This document shows positions 1 through 10,655 of a stretch of DNA of 64,000 nucleotides, in pieces. This DNA is from Spirochaetia bacterium. Lineage in GTDB: Bacteria; Spirochaetota; Spirochaetia; DSM-2461. The number at the start of each line of letters is the position of its first letter. Within the stretch, counting starts at the first letter, position 1. The stretch spans positions 128,001 to 192,000 of the forward strand of contig CAXXIA010000002.1 of assembly GCA_963666985.2 (NCBI GenBank). Direction: 5' to 3'. Below the pieces are notes generated by a model, which saw only the letters and a list, made by a program, of their open reading frames with translations, was not told the DNA's origin and did no database searches. The translations under genes were made by a program, and so were the position numbers.

Positions 1-984
1 CAGACTGTTGACCTTGCTCACGCCGATTTCTTCGATGAATCTCCGTATGGCCGCCGCGGGATACCCCCGCCGACGCATGCCGCGCAGAGTGGGCATCCTC
101 GGATCGTCCCATCCCCGGACATGATGTTCTTCAACAAGCTTGCGCAAATAGCGCTTGCTCATAATGGTATGGGTCAGATTCAGCCGGGCGAATTCGTACT
201 GATGAGGCCGGCAGGGAACGGAAACATTATTGATGAACCAGTCGTAGAGAGGACGGTGATTCTCAAACTCCAGGGAACACAAAGAATGGGTTACCCCTTC
301 GATGGCGTCCTCAAACCCATGGGCGAAATCGTACATGGGGTAGATACACCATTCATCTCCCGTCTGATGGTGGGACTCTTTCCGGATTCGGTAAATCGTG
401 GGATCGCGCATCAGGATATTGACATGATCCATGGCGATCTTAGCCCGAAGAACGCAAGAGCCCTCTTCCAGTTCGCCGGCTTTCATCCGCTCTAAAAGTT
501 CCAGGTTTTCTTCGATACTTCGATTCCTGTACGGCGAATCCACGCCGGGCCGGGTGGGAGTTCCCCTGTTTTCGACAATCTCTTCCGGACTTTGATGATC
601 CACGTAGGCTTTACCGGCTTTGATCAGCTCTACGGCCCATTCATAAAACTGATGGAAATAGGATGATGCATAACGGGGCTTTCCTTCCCAGTTAAAGCCC
701 ATCCAGCGGATGTCGTCCTCAATGGCGCGAACAAACTCTTCATCTTCTTTCTCAGGGTTTGTATCGTCGTAGCGCAGCCGGCAGATTCCTCCGAACTCCT
801 CGGCTACGGAGAAATTCAGCGTAAACGCTTTCGCATGACCAATATGAAGATATCCGTTGGGCTCAGGCGGGAAACGGGTAACCACCTGTTGGATTTTTCC
901 GGACTCCAGATCGTCCTTAATAATCTGACGGATAAAATCCAGTCCCCGAACCTTGTCCTCTCCGGCCGCCTTCTCTTCGCCCAT
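1..984 (-). CDS. glnS: glutamine--tRNA ligase, 5' part (runs off window start)
   Basis: Manual translation from ATG at 984 gives [53 protein letters not shown], the GlnRS HIGH signature. It is absent from the ORF track because there is no stop codon in the window. Confidence 0.95.
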   Translation of the reverse strand, partial: MGEEKAAGEDKVRGLDFIRQIIKDDLESGKIQQVVTRFPPEPNGYLHIGHAKAFTLNFSVAEEFGGICRLRYDDTNPEKEDEEFVRAIEDDIRWMGFNWEGKPRYASSYFHQFYEWAVELIKAGKAYVDHQSPEEIVENRGTPTRPGVDSPYRNRSIEENLELLERMKAGELEEGSCVLRAKIAMDHVNILMRDPTIYRIRKESHHQTGDEWCIYPMYDFAHGFEDAIEGVTHSLCSLEFENHRPLYDWFINNVSVPCRPHQYEFARLNLTHTIMSKRYLRKLVEEHHVRGWDDPRMPTLRGMRRRGYPAAAIRRFIEEIGVSKVNSL

Positions 985-1200
985 TCTCTAATCGTCCTTT
1001 TGCTTCCGATTTACCCTATCTTCACTAAAAAAGATACGGCGCAACCGGCCCGCTAAGATGCGAAATACTATAGGGACGGCGACCCGGCGGGTCAATGGAC
1101 GGTACGTTCCGGCGAATCCCAAACAGCATCAAGAATTGACGATAGGTCCCCTCGGAACCGGTAATACCGCCCGAATGACTCACGAAACCGTTCCGGAGAA

Positions 1201-1485
1201 TCATATCCCCGGCCTGGTACTCCGCCTGTCCTGCCGGCCGTCAGGATCGCGCAAGAGGAGACCGGCGTTTTCAAATATCTTGCGCAGCCATGTTTCACCT
1301 TCCTCCCGCGAGGCGAAGGGACGGCTCTCAATCGGGAGCCAAAGAGTCGCGGGAGGTCCGGGCGAATGAGGCTCGCCGGCGCCGGCATGAAACACCCAAA
1401 GGCCGCGATTCTCATAGGCCTTCCAGGTGATATGGAAAACATTGTCAAGATTGACATAAACACCGTCGTCAATTTCCAAAAACAC
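1201..1485 (-). CDS. small hypothetical protein
   Basis: 94-aa ORF with GTG start preceded by a strong SD (TAAGGAGG); protein-like composition. Confidence 0.7.
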   Translation of the reverse strand: MFLEIDDGVYVNLDNVFHITWKAYENRGLWVFHAGAGEPHSPGPPATLWLPIESRPFASREEGETWLRKIFENAGLLLRDPDGRQDRRSTRPGI

Positions 1486-1614
1486 CTTGTGCCTCCTTAA
1501 ACACTCCCCGCGCCGCTTTCAAAACGAGGCGGCCCCTTTGCTCTTCCACCGCTTTTTGCACCGTTTTCAGCCGAAGCCGCTTCAGAAGCCGACAAAAAAA
1601 TAAGAACCCGCCGA

Positions 1615-2460
1615 CTATTTTCTTATTCCTTTAAACCGTTTCTCCAAAAAGGCGCGAAGAGCCGCGACGGCTTCTTCGCTTTGCTCATAAATCTTCGCCG
1701 CTTTATGGAAATCGAGAAGGCCGATATCCCGAATCGGAGGATCAACGAGATAATCCGGCGGAGAAAACCGCTTTTTTTCGGCAAGAATGCCGCGCTGCAC
1801 AATCTCAAACGATTCAAGAACCACTTTGGCGGCTTTCGGAGGCTTGGTGGAATCGGGCGTGCCGGAGCGGCCCAGAGCGTTCACGCCTATCACCACATCA
1901 CAATCGGAAACAAGATCCCACGGAACCGGATTCACGCAGGCCCCGTCCACCAAAACGTGGTTATCATACATCACGGGAGCAAACACACCCGGAACGCTCA
2001 TGCTGGCTTTCACCGCGGGAAGCACCGGACCTTTACTGAAAATCACCTGTGAAGAGTTCCATAAATCGGCCGCAACCACACTCAGCGGCGGATCCAAATC
2101 TTCGAACGTTTCACGGCTGAGCATATCGTAAAGAAAGTGGGAAAAACGATCGCCCTTAATCAGACCGGTGCCTGTGAAATCAATATCCAGAAGCTTCACC
2201 ATTTCCATCATTTTATGGCTGTCTTCTTTCCAGTTATGCACCCCGCCGCTGATTTTGATGTGACGATCCACAAAGTCCCTCAGTTCACCGGCCCCATGTC
2301 CGCTGCAGTAGAGGGCGCCGAAAACGGCCCCGATACTGGTTCCGCTGACGGCCGCCGGACGGATTCCGAACTCTTCGAGAACTTCCAGAACAAGGATGTG
2401 AACAAGTCCCCTGGCTCCGCCTCCGCCGAGGGCCAGACCGACCGTTTTTTTTCGTTTCAT
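1615..2460 (-). CDS. patatin-like phospholipase
   Basis: GGGGARG oxyanion loop, GTSIG nucleophile elbow, DGA motif. Confidence 0.92.
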   Translation of the reverse strand: MKRKKTVGLALGGGGARGLVHILVLEVLEEFGIRPAAVSGTSIGAVFGALYCSGHGAGELRDFVDRHIKISGGVHNWKEDSHKMMEMVKLLDIDFTGTGLIKGDRFSHFLYDMLSRETFEDLDPPLSVVAADLWNSSQVIFSKGPVLPAVKASMSVPGVFAPVMYDNHVLVDGACVNPVPWDLVSDCDVVIGVNALGRSGTPDSTKPPKAAKVVLESFEIVQRGILAEKKRFSPPDYLVDPPIRDIGLLDFHKAAKIYEQSEEAVAALRAFLEKRFKGIRK

Positions 2461-2602
2461 CAAAAATACAATACCGCCCTACGGAGCCGCTCTCAAGATG
2501 AAAATTCATCACTCGGAATACGAACCGAATTCGATTCGATTATGAATTTTTATTTATATTCATTATATTTTATATAAAGGCACAATTTCATAGGAGGAAA
2601 AC

Positions 2603-3025
2603 ATGACCGAACATACGACCGATACCCAGTGGCTGAACGGCATGGCGTTTGAAAACTCCGTGGAAGGACACCGCTTCATCGTTGACGCGGACGCCCAATT
2701 CGGCGGAGAAGACAAGGGCCCGAGACCCAAACTCCTGCTCCTGAATTCTTTGGCCGGATGCACGGCCATGGATGTCGTCTCCATTCTGAAAAAAATGAAA
2801 CAGCCGTTCGGCTGGTTTAATGTCCGCACCGTCGGCGAACTCGGAGACGAGCATCCGAAAACCTACCGGTCCATTCACCTGATTTTCCAATTCAAAAAAG
2901 CCGACAACCTGGACGATGCCAAAGTCAGAAAAGCCATTACACTTTCGCAGGATAACTATTGCGGAGTCTCGGCGATGCTGAAGAAAGCATGCGAGGTTAC
3001 TTGGGAAGTGGAATATCTGGACTGA
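2603..3025 (+). CDS. OsmC/YhfA family protein
   Basis: GPRPKLLLLNSLAGCTAMDV and YCGVS two-Cys motifs; SD AGGAGG. Confidence 0.9.
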   Translation: MTEHTTDTQWLNGMAFENSVEGHRFIVDADAQFGGEDKGPRPKLLLLNSLAGCTAMDVVSILKKMKQPFGWFNVRTVGELGDEHPKTYRSIHLIFQFKKADNLDDAKVRKAITLSQDNYCGVSAMLKKACEVTWEVEYLD

Positions 3026-3129
3026 TTTTCGAAGCGGATAAGGGAACTTCCTCACCGATTCGGATACACCCCATTCCGCCGAATTCGAGAGGGACGCTCG
3101 GGAAGGCTACCTGCTATACTGACTCTTAC

Positions 3130-3843
3130 ATGAAATACCAACTGGAAACCATTCCCGTTACCGACGCCTGGACCTCACGGCCCCCCTGTCCTTTCTGCAC
3201 CTTAATGGACGACGCGGAAAAAAGGCATGTGGAGTATTACCTGGGGAACTCGGTTATGAATCCCGAAACCCGTGTCCTTGTTAATAAAACAGGATTCTGC
3301 GGCCGCCATTTCCCGCTGATGCGGGAAGCCGGACACGCGCATCATCTGGGGCTGGTGGCTCATACCCGGCTTCAGACCGTCCGAAGCACGCTTTCAGGCT
3401 CTCTCCACTCCATGGCGAAGGCGGGAACGGCCAAGTCGACCAAAGCCTTTGCCGAAAAGATTCGAAGCATCCTTGATGATTGTCTCATCTGCCGTTCCCT
3501 GAAGAAGGATGAAGAGAGGTACGCGTATACCACGGTTGTTCTTTTTGGAAAAGAACCGGAATTCCGCCGTCTCTTCGAAGAAGGCCGCGGTCCCTGTCTG
3601 CCGCACGCGGCTATCCTCGCGGAAATGGCCGCAAAAGCACTGAATAAAAAAGAAGCCGGAAATTTTCTAACCGCTCTTGCGGCCCATTTGGAAACAACCC
3701 TCGGCGAACTGGAGACGGATGTTCTGAAATTCACCCAAAAATTCGATGCGCAAAACGATTCCATGGAATGGGGAAACGCCCGGGACGCCCACGCAAGAAC
3801 CGTGCAGATGCTCAGCGGGCGAACCGTTCGCCTGACCGACTGA
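3130..3843 (+). CDS. DUF6062-like Cys/His-motif protein
   Basis: MKYQLETIPVTDAW start; CPFC, GFCGRH, CLIC and CLPH motifs typical of this family. Confidence 0.7.
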   Translation: MKYQLETIPVTDAWTSRPPCPFCTLMDDAEKRHVEYYLGNSVMNPETRVLVNKTGFCGRHFPLMREAGHAHHLGLVAHTRLQTVRSTLSGSLHSMAKAGTAKSTKAFAEKIRSILDDCLICRSLKKDEERYAYTTVVLFGKEPEFRRLFEEGRGPCLPHAAILAEMAAKALNKKEAGNFLTALAAHLETTLGELETDVLKFTQKFDAQNDSMEWGNARDAHARTVQMLSGRTVRLTD

Positions 3844-3935
3844 TTTTTGGCAGAAGGCGGAAGGTTCAAAATCGACCGAACCGCCGCTGGAAGCATCCTC
3901 TTCCGGCGGTTCCTATGTCTGCCGGCACTGTTTTT

Positions 3936-4547
3936 TCAACTCTTGCGGGAAAGATACATCAGTTCGGTCCGCTGAGACTCCAACTGTGATTTGAATTCAT
4001 TAAATTCAATAAGATACCGGTTAAGCTCCACGCGGCTTTTGAACACATTGAAATCGTCTATAAGAATTTCACCGAGAAGCCGGTGACTCGTTCGCAGAGA
4101 ATCCTTGGTTTCCAGATTCTGAATATCCAGAGCTTTCTCCAGGATAACCTGATTGATTTTGCGCTTTTCAATCAGGAATTGGCCGAACAGCGAACGTTCG
4201 GCCGCCTCCTTAACAGGTCCTTTGGAAACCTTTTCGTGGGTATCGGCCTTTCTGGGTTTGGCAATAGGCGGCAACCCGTCTCCGAGCTTCAACTGATCTT
4301 TTCGTGCGGTGATTGCGGCTTTAACTTTTTCAAACTCCACCAGAGCGTGATTCAGCTCAACCCGGCTTCGAAAGACTTGAAAATCGTCCAACAGAATCTG
4401 ACCGAGAAGCCTCGGCGACGAACGAAGCGTGTCGCTTTTTTCAATGTTTTGGATTTCCAGGGCGGACTTGAGAACATTGGGATCCAGTGTTCCTTTTCGA
4501 ACCAGCCATTCACCGAAAACAAGCCTTTCATTCGCTACACTACTCAT
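3936..4547 (-). CDS. protein made of two MshEN-like repeats
   Basis: Internal duplication FGEWLVRKGTLDPNVLKSALEIQ..RLLGQILL / FGQFLIEKRKINQVILEKALDIQ..RLLGEILI resembles the MshEN motif RLGxxLxxxGxxxxxxLxxxLxxQ. Confidence 0.65.
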   Translation of the reverse strand: MSSVANERLVFGEWLVRKGTLDPNVLKSALEIQNIEKSDTLRSSPRLLGQILLDDFQVFRSRVELNHALVEFEKVKAAITARKDQLKLGDGLPPIAKPRKADTHEKVSKGPVKEAAERSLFGQFLIEKRKINQVILEKALDIQNLETKDSLRTSHRLLGEILIDDFNVFKSRVELNRYLIEFNEFKSQLESQRTELMYLSRKS

Positions 4548-4933
4548 GAATTGTCGGCTCCACCCAAGTATTTCTCAAAAATGGCCTCATAATCCCGATC
4601 CGTTCTGCCGGCTTCATTCTCCAGATCTTTGCGAAAACGCTCAAGGTCCGCCGAATCAAGCTTCTCCAGAGCATCCTTGCCCCATCGTTCCAGCGATTGA
4701 TGAAACTCCGGATCGCTGAGCGCATCCCCAAGATCCTTGAACATTCGGTCGGCGGCTTTGCCGACGGCCCGGCCCGCATCCTTGATAATCTTCTCCGAAC
4801 CGGATTCCAAATCCACACCCGTGGAATCTTCAATGGTTCCGAGAAACCGTTCCTTCTTCTCCGGATCGGTAAAAACGGAATACAGTACAAACGCACCGGC
4901 CACGACCACGGCAAGCAGGAGGACTTTTCTCAT
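4544..4933 (-). CDS. hypothetical membrane-anchored/secreted protein
   Basis: MRKVLLLAVVVAGAFVLYSVF N-terminal hydrophobic segment; SD GGAGG; stop overlaps the start of the next gene (ATGA). Confidence 0.75.
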   Translation of the reverse strand: MRKVLLLAVVVAGAFVLYSVFTDPEKKERFLGTIEDSTGVDLESGSEKIIKDAGRAVGKAADRMFKDLGDALSDPEFHQSLERWGKDALEKLDSADLERFRKDLENEAGRTDRDYEAIFEKYLGGADNS

Positions 4934-5084
4934 TCTCAAACCTCCATAAGTGATCGATGACTTTATAATCATCGACTACCGGAACTCTCTTTTCCAGAGT
5001 GCCGAAAGATTATCGCACTCCGGCCGACTTCAGCTTTTCCCGGACCGCCGGAAACTCCCGGGGCGGCGGAATCACACTCGACAA

Positions 5085-7838
5085 TCAGCTTTCCAGCGCG
5101 GCCAGATACGCCGCGCTTCGCTCAAGAGCGTCTTCCATTTCGGCCAGGGATTCCTTCTCTTTCGCGATAATGTCCTCAGGCGCGCGGGAGACGAAATTCT
5201 CGTTGGAAAGCTTCTTTTTCTTGCCTTCAATCAGTCCCGCGGCTTTTTGAATGGATTTTCGAAACCGATCCGCCGCCGCTTCGATGTCGATAAGATTTTT
5301 AATGAACACATGGGCGGTAAAACCCCGTCCCACGGCGGCCAGAGAGCCTTCGAACGATTCGCCTTCGGCGGCCACGGCAAAGTCATCGGATTTTACCAGC
5401 ATCGCGGCAATCTCTTCGGTTCCCGCCAGAGCATCTCCGGCCTCGCCGGTGATTTCCACACGAACCTTTACGTCCTTGGAAGGCGGTATGGTAAATTCGC
5501 TGCGCATGGTCCTAACGGCGGTAACGAGTTCCTTGAGCACGCCGAAAGAGGCTTCGGCGGCGGGATTTTCCCGTGCGGCATCGGCCTCGGGATAAGGCGC
5601 CACGATAAGAGGCTCACGGTTCGGATTAATCTTGCCCCAGATTTCCTCGGTAATGAACGGAAGGAAGGGATGCAGGAGTTTTAACGATTCTTCCAGCACG
5701 TAAATAAGCATGGTTGCCGTACGGTCCTTTTCGGCGTCATCCTCACCGTAAAGCCCCAATTTGGCGCATTCCACGTACCAGTCGCAGTAGTCGTTCCAGA
5801 AGTATTCGTACACGGCATGAGCCATGTCGTCGAACCTGTAGGCCGCCATCGCGGCGTCGACCGCCTTTACCGCTTCGTTCAGCCTGTGGAGAATCCAGCG
5901 GTCGGCAATGCGCCTCTCCGCATCAGCGGGATCAGCCAAATTCCGTCCTTCCAGATTCATCAGGATGAACCGGGTGGCGTTCCAGATTTTATTGGCGAAT
6001 TTGGAGCCGAGTTTGCTCGTCTCCATGTCCATGGGAATATCTTCACCCTGAGCCGAAAGGTATGCCAGGGTGAACTTCATGGCATCCGCGCCGTAGGTAT
6101 TCACCACGTCCAGCGGGTCGATGCCGTTGCCGAGGCTCTTGGACATCTTGCGGCCCTGCTTGTCCCGCACCAGCCCGGTAATGTAAATGTCGCGGAAAGG
6201 CACATCGCCCATAAACTCAAGACCGGCCATAATCATCCGGGCCACCCAGAAAAAGATGATGTCGTAGCCGGTAACAAGAGCCGCGGTGGGATAAAATTTC
6301 GCCAAATCCGAACCGGGTTTCGGCTTACCGTTCGAATCCAGGACATCGGGCCAGCCGATTGTACTGAACGGCCAAAGCCAGGAAGAGAACCAGGTATCCA
6401 GCACATCCGGATCGCGCTCCAGCTCGGAAGATCCGCACTTGGGGCAGACTTCAGGATCTTCGCGGAGAACATGCAGAGCGCCGCAGTTTTTGCAGGTCCA
6501 TGCGGGAATCTGATGCCCCCACCAAATCTGGCGGCTCACGCACCAGTCCCGGATATTCTCCAGCCAGTGGCGGTAGGTGTTTTCCCATTTTTTCGGAAAA
6601 AACTGAAGTTCTCCAGCCTGCCAGGCGGCCAAGGCTTTATCCGCCAGAGGCTTCATCCGCACGAACCATTGCGTGGAAAGATAGGGTTCCACCACGGTGT
6701 TGCAGCGGTAGCAGTGGCCCACCTGATGGCTGTGTTCCTTATGGGAGGCGAGGAAACCTTCGGCTTCCAATTTCTCCACGGTCTTCTTTCGGGCCTCTTT
6801 GGCGGGAAGGCCCTGAACGAATTCGGGTGCGCTGCCGTTCATGCGACCGTCGTCGGTTAAAACGTTGATTCGCTCCAGATGATGGCGGTTGCCGATCTCA
6901 AAGTCGTTCGGATCGTGGGCCGGAGTAATTTTCAGACAGCCGGTGCCGAATTCCCGATCCACGTAGGCATCGGCAATCACGGGGATTTCCCTGTCGGTCA
7001 GGGGAAGTTTCACCTTGCGGCCGATATAGGATTTATAACGATCATCCTCGGGATGAACGGCCACGGCGGTGTCGCCGAACATGGTTTCCGGACGGGTTGT
7101 GGCCACCGTCAGGTGTCCCCCGCCGCCTGAAAGGGGATAGCGGATTTCCCAAAGTCCTCCCATGCGCTCCTCGTGATCAACCTCGTCGTCGGCCAAAGCG
7201 GTCCCGCAGGAAGGACACCAGTTCACAAGGTATTCGCCTTTGTACATCAAATCGCGTTCATAGAGGCCCACGAAAACTTCGCGTACCGCCCGGGAGCAGC
7301 CTTCGTCCATGGTGAAGCGTTCCCGGCTCCAGTCGCAGGAGGAACCGATTTTCTCCAGCTGTTTGGAAATGATGGCGTGATGTTCTTCCTTCACCTTCCA
7401 GGTTTCTTCAATGAACTTTTCCCGGCCCAAATCGTGACGGCCCAGGCCTTTTTCCTTCAGACGGCGTTCCACCACGTTCTGCGTGGCGATGCCCGCATGG
7501 TCGGTCCCCGGAACCCAGAGAGTGGGACGGCCCTTCATGCGCCAGTAGCGGATAAGAACGTCCTGCAGGCTGTTGTTCAGGCCGTGGCCCATATGAAGAA
7601 CGCCGGTTACGTTCGGCGGAGGAATAACGATAACGAAGGGATCTTGGCGGACGGCGCTTTCGCCGGAAGAGGCGGCCGCTGGAGATGCGGAGGTCGAGAC
7701 GGAGCCGGCCGGAGCGGCGGAGCCTTCGGCGGCCGCGTCCATACGCGGAGCAAAATAGCCTCCGCTTTTCCACATTGCATAAATTCGATCTTCAAAATCC
7801 TTCGGGTCGTAGGCTTTGGGGAGTTCAATGGCCTTCAC
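5085..7838 (-). CDS. valS: valine--tRNA ligase
   Basis: PPPNVTGVLHMGH, DWCVSRQIWWGH, KMSKS and C-terminal coiled coil (LSNENFVSRAP). Confidence 0.98.
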   Translation of the reverse strand: MKAIELPKAYDPKDFEDRIYAMWKSGGYFAPRMDAAAEGSAAPAGSVSTSASPAAASSGESAVRQDPFVIVIPPPNVTGVLHMGHGLNNSLQDVLIRYWRMKGRPTLWVPGTDHAGIATQNVVERRLKEKGLGRHDLGREKFIEETWKVKEEHHAIISKQLEKIGSSCDWSRERFTMDEGCSRAVREVFVGLYERDLMYKGEYLVNWCPSCGTALADDEVDHEERMGGLWEIRYPLSGGGGHLTVATTRPETMFGDTAVAVHPEDDRYKSYIGRKVKLPLTDREIPVIADAYVDREFGTGCLKITPAHDPNDFEIGNRHHLERINVLTDDGRMNGSAPEFVQGLPAKEARKKTVEKLEAEGFLASHKEHSHQVGHCYRCNTVVEPYLSTQWFVRMKPLADKALAAWQAGELQFFPKKWENTYRHWLENIRDWCVSRQIWWGHQIPAWTCKNCGALHVLREDPEVCPKCGSSELERDPDVLDTWFSSWLWPFSTIGWPDVLDSNGKPKPGSDLAKFYPTAALVTGYDIIFFWVARMIMAGLEFMGDVPFRDIYITGLVRDKQGRKMSKSLGNGIDPLDVVNTYGADAMKFTLAYLSAQGEDIPMDMETSKLGSKFANKIWNATRFILMNLEGRNLADPADAERRIADRWILHRLNEAVKAVDAAMAAYRFDDMAHAVYEYFWNDYCDWYVECAKLGLYGEDDAEKDRTATMLIYVLEESLKLLHPFLPFITEEIWGKINPNREPLIVAPYPEADAARENPAAEASFGVLKELVTAVRTMRSEFTIPPSKDVKVRVEITGEAGDALAGTEEIAAMLVKSDDFAVAAEGESFEGSLAAVGRGFTAHVFIKNLIDIEAAADRFRKSIQKAAGLIEGKKKKLSNENFVSRAPEDIIAKEKESLAEMEDALERSAAYLAALES

Positions 7839-8432
7839 AATTATTCAGTCCTTCTTAAGGTGCGTTTTAGGAACAGTTCGACGCCCTTCTTTCTAAAACG
7901 ACGCCGCTTTCCAAGTGCTTTTCGCCGGCGGTTTCCGCTTCCGGCGCACGCCCCGAGACAGGCTCGGGATGCCGTCCTCCATGATATAGAAGGAAGGCGG
8001 CCGGTTCAATGTGGCGAACATCCCGATACGTCTCCGTGCCGATGCGGGTCTGATGATTCAGTGTCCGGATTTTCCGTAAAAAAATCGATTCGGCAAAATG
8101 CACGCCGAAAACCTTTGCTGAGAAACCGATAACTCTTGCCGCATAATCCGCCGCCACTAGTGCGATATCAGGAAAAAGCCGATCGAATAAATGAAAATTA
8201 ACAAAAAGGAAACACGGAACCGAAGAGGTTTAGCTTCAAGGACTTGAATATACGTTTGTCCTCTCTTAAGTTTTATTCCAGCCGAAGCGGGAATCTCATA
8301 TTTTGACGAAATCGCCGGTACGCGCCGGCGGGGATTCCTCCGGATTCGCTTTCAAAGGGCTTCAGTTCGAAAATTGTCGACTTTTGAAATCGCCTTCGAA
8401 ATTATACTATTTGAGTAATTCAGGAGTGAAAC

Positions 8433-8621
8433 ATGAGTAATGAAAAGCAGAATAAAACGGCCGATAAAAGCACCTGGGCCATCGGAGGCGGGGTTCTTCT
8501 CGGTTTGGGTATGGGATTCTTCTTTCTTCAGACTTCCGTCTTCGCATTCATCGGGTCTCTGCTCGCGGGGCTTGGGCTGGGATTAATTATCACATCCATT
8601 ATCTCTTCAGCCGGAAAATAG
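8433..8621 (+). CDS. small two-TM membrane protein
   Basis: 62 aa with two Gly-rich hydrophobic helices; SD AGGAG; TATACT upstream. Confidence 0.7.
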   Translation: MSNEKQNKTADKSTWAIGGGVLLGLGMGFFFLQTSVFAFIGSLLAGLGLGLIITSIISSAGK

Positions 8622-8790
8622 ATTTTTAGAAAACCAAGAAGCTTTTCTTCGGAAAAGCGGGGTCTTTACCGGCGGGATATAGCCCGTATAATAACTCCGC
8701 GCCGTAATGATGCGGCAAGATTCCCTCCGAGACCAAATTTCGGGGGATTCTTCCCGGAATGGAATCATGCGAATCACAAAAGGGAGAACA

Positions 8791-10131
8791 ATGAAATTCA
8801 CTTTTCCAAAAGACTTCACCTGGGGCGCGGCAACCGCCTCCTACCAAATCGAAGGCGCCGTTAATGAAGGCGGCCGGGGCGGAAGTACTTGGGATGTCTT
8901 CTGCGACGAACCCGGAAGAATCACCAACGGAGATTCGGGCGCTGTTGCCTGCGATCATTACCACAGGTGGAAAAACGACATCGGTCTGATGAAAGAGCTC
9001 AACCTGAACGCCTACCGGTTTTCCCTGGCGTGGCCCCGAATCTTCCCGAACGGCGACGGGAAGGTCAATGAAGAAGGCGCGGGATTTTATGACAAACTGA
9101 TCGACTCTCTTCTGGAAGCGGGCATCCAGCCGTGGATCACTCTCTTTCATTGGGATTTGCCCTCTTCTCTCCAGGAACGTTTCGGCGGCTGGCAAAGCCG
9201 TGAAACGGTGAAACGATTCGCCGACTACGCATCTTTCTGCGCCGAACGATTCGGCGACCGGGTGAAGAATTGGTTTACCATCAATGAAATCATCTGCTTC
9301 ACAACCCTGGCTCATACAATGGACAGACACGCACCGGGCGGACTGTTGTCACAAAAAGAATCCAACAGGACCGTCCACCATGCGCTTGTGGGCCACGGGC
9401 TTGCCCTGCGGGCCATCAAAGACGCATCTCCCGATTCCCGTGTGGGATTGGTGGAAAATCTGAACCCCGTCTGGCCTTTGTATGAACGGGATGATCACAT
9501 CGAAGCCGCCCGAAAAGCCTTCCGTGCGCGAAACCTGCAAAGGCTCTTCCCGGCGCTCACCGGCGAATATGACACGGCCGGATACGAGGGGCAGGACGGC
9601 GATTTTCCCGGTGTGGAAGACGGCGACATGGACATCATCGGAACGCCCTGCGACCTCATCGCGTATAACTACTACACCGGCGACCCGGTGGTTGCGGCGG
9701 ATAATGAAGCGGGCTACAGGCTGGTGAAGCATCCGGATGATTATCCGAAAACAGCCATAGGCTGGCCCGTCTCACCTCTTGGTTTGTACTGGACTTTAAG
9801 ATTCACGGAGGATTACTTTCCCGGCCTCGATGTGTACGTGGCCGAAAACGGCCAGGCCGCCGAGGATGTGATGGACCGCGACGGATCGGTCACGGATGTC
9901 GGCCGTCTTGAATATTACAGACGGCATCTGGAAATGTGTTCCCGCGCCATTGCCGACGGAGCGAACCTGAAAGGCTATTTCGCCTGGTCGCTGATGGACA
10001 ACTTCGAATGGTCGCACGGCTATTCCATGAGATTCGGCCTTATCCGGGTAAACTACAGAACACAGGAGAGGACCATCAAAGCCTCCGGCCGATACTACTC
10101 GGACGTGATTGCGGCGAACAGGGTGCTGTAG
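8791..10131 (+). CDS. GH1 beta-glucosidase
   Basis: FPKDFTWGAATASYQIEG N-terminus, TINE acid/base, AENG nucleophile, WSLMDNFEW. Confidence 0.95.
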   Translation: MKFTFPKDFTWGAATASYQIEGAVNEGGRGGSTWDVFCDEPGRITNGDSGAVACDHYHRWKNDIGLMKELNLNAYRFSLAWPRIFPNGDGKVNEEGAGFYDKLIDSLLEAGIQPWITLFHWDLPSSLQERFGGWQSRETVKRFADYASFCAERFGDRVKNWFTINEIICFTTLAHTMDRHAPGGLLSQKESNRTVHHALVGHGLALRAIKDASPDSRVGLVENLNPVWPLYERDDHIEAARKAFRARNLQRLFPALTGEYDTAGYEGQDGDFPGVEDGDMDIIGTPCDLIAYNYYTGDPVVAADNEAGYRLVKHPDDYPKTAIGWPVSPLGLYWTLRFTEDYFPGLDVYVAENGQAAEDVMDRDGSVTDVGRLEYYRRHLEMCSRAIADGANLKGYFAWSLMDNFEWSHGYSMRFGLIRVNYRTQERTIKASGRYYSDVIAANRVL

Positions 10132-10151
10132 TTCGCGATAAAGTAAGCATT

Positions 10152-10577
10152 ATGGATATTGAAGCGCTCAAAGCCGAGATTCGCGAATCAGCCGAGTTTT
10201 CCTACAGCCGCTCGGGCGGCCCGGGCGGACAGAACGTGAATAAACGGGACACAAAAGTGACGGTCAAACTTGCCGTTTCCTCTCTTCGGGTGCCCGATGA
10301 ACATGCCCTGAGACGTTTACGGCGAAGGCTCGCTTCCCGAATCAATTCGGAGGACTGCATCGTAATCCAGGTTATGACGCACCGGACTCAAGGCCGGAAC
10401 CGTGAAGAAGCTCTGCTGCGCCTGGAAGACATGGTGATTCGCTCTTTACGTCCCGATCCGAAACCCAGGCGCGCCACAGTCCCTTCCGGGGCGGCCAAGG
10501 AACGCCGGCTGGCATCTAAAAAACGGCGGAGTGCCGTTAAGGAAGGGCGGCGGCGAATCGGCGGCACTGAAGAATAA
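10152..10577 (+). CDS. arfB: alternative ribosome rescue factor ArfB (peptidyl-tRNA hydrolase)
   Basis: SRSGGPGGQNVNK GGQ motif plus basic C-terminal tail (KERRLASKKRRS). Confidence 0.92.
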   Translation: MDIEALKAEIRESAEFSYSRSGGPGGQNVNKRDTKVTVKLAVSSLRVPDEHALRRLRRRLASRINSEDCIVIQVMTHRTQGRNREEALLRLEDMVIRSLRPDPKPRRATVPSGAAKERRLASKKRRSAVKEGRRRIGGTEE

Positions 10578-10655
10578 CGGCCGGTTTTCACATGCATAAA
10601 AGCGGTCCGCGGATTGTTTTTTTCCGATTCCGCCGCAGCTTTCCGGCATGAACGT

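Noticed and set aside
121..1056. Plus-strand ORFs 121-495 and 835-1056
   Set aside because: Antisense to glnS
4950..8132. Long antisense ORFs over valS, and likewise over ettA, glyA and the 57-62 kb gene
   Set aside because: Shadow ORFs expected from GC-rich codon usage; no motifs or translation signals
7839..8200. Possible T-box leader upstream of valS, and ORF 7867-8157
   Set aside because: No GGTGGxACCGCG T-box sequence; the ORF has no SD or recognisable motif
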